Positions 52,150-52,233 of a stretch of 52,233 nucleotides of DNA are shown one piece after another. The notes beneath the pieces are model-generated. The model worked only from the letters and a program-made list of their open reading frames with translations. It did not search any database and was not told the origin of the DNA. Made by a program: the position numbers and the translations under genes. This DNA is from a virus: IMG/VR virus record IMGVR_UViG_3300010231_000010, positions 1-52,233 of that record, one strand, 5' to 3'. Numbering within the stretch: the first letter of the stretch is position 1; the number at the start of each line of letters is the position of its first letter.

Positions 52150-52233
52150 CGCGCGGACTGCGCTACTGGTACGGATTCAGCGCTGCGGTCGTGACGATCA
52201 CCTATGTGTCGGATATCTGGCTGGATATCGACT
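52146..52233 (+). CDS. 5' portion of the junction-spanning membrane protein gene (continues at base 1..363)
   Basis: GTGA overlap with the upstream stop. The frame runs into the 55-bp terminal repeat and continues in ORF 13..363. Confidence 0.7.
   Translation, partial: MTRGLRYWYGFSAAVVTITYVSDIWLDID
52179..52233. repeat. 55-bp terminal direct repeat, copy 2
   Basis: Identical to bases 1-55. Confidence 0.95.

Noticed and set aside
1-52233. CRISPR arrays, rRNA genes, complete tRNA genes, IS elements, transposases or MPME-type mobile elements
   Set aside because: No spaced repeat arrays, no rRNA-like or full cloverleaf sequences, and no transposase-like ORFs or terminal inverted repeats were seen on either strand. 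The only mobile-element-like feature is the intein.

Overview
The window is a complete temperate siphovirus genome from a high-GC actinobacterial host. Its first and last 55 bp are identical, so it is a circularly closed assembly with 52,178 bp of unique sequence. A mycolic-acid-containing host (Mycobacterium-like) is suggested by a LysB-type esterase, two WhiB genes, two DUF732-like proteins and an Rpf-like motif in the tape measure. Reading from base 1, the modules are: (1) the tail of the lysis region, with a membrane protein gene spanning the contig junction and two tandem intrinsic terminators; (2) an accessory 'moron' region with a self-contained ATP-grasp gene and a convergent pair of small genes; (3) attP (tRNA-Met-like 5' half flanked by two families of direct repeats) and a tyrosine integrase; (4) a minus-strand envelope-protein operon and an XRE-type repressor, divergent from a cro-like gene, antirepressor and excisionase; (5) about 15 kb of tightly coupled small early genes (7.2-22.5 kb), including two WhiB, a YqaJ-like exonuclease, many Zn-ribbon proteins, an HTH protein, a T5orf172/GIY-YIG protein and an HNH endonuclease; (6) a cos/pac-type spacer with 15-bp direct repeats; (7) terminase small and large subunits, portal, HK97-type protease and capsid, head-tail connectors, major tail protein, frameshifted tail chaperones, a 1245-aa tape measure, six or seven minor tail proteins and a 1054-aa fibre with lectin/CBM-like modules; (8) lysin A, lysin B, holin and small membrane proteins. 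The observations I rank highest are: a 142-aa mini-intein inside a minor tail protein; a prophage-end small protein whose C-terminus copies the SSB C-terminal docking tip (DDELPF), next to an insulated ATP-grasp gene; a tail-chaperone frameshift that must be +1 rather than -1; and an attP that carries the 5' rather than the 3' part of a tRNA. Everything rests on reading the sequence and remembered family motifs; no database search was possible, so family names are motif-level calls and novelty cannot be asserted.
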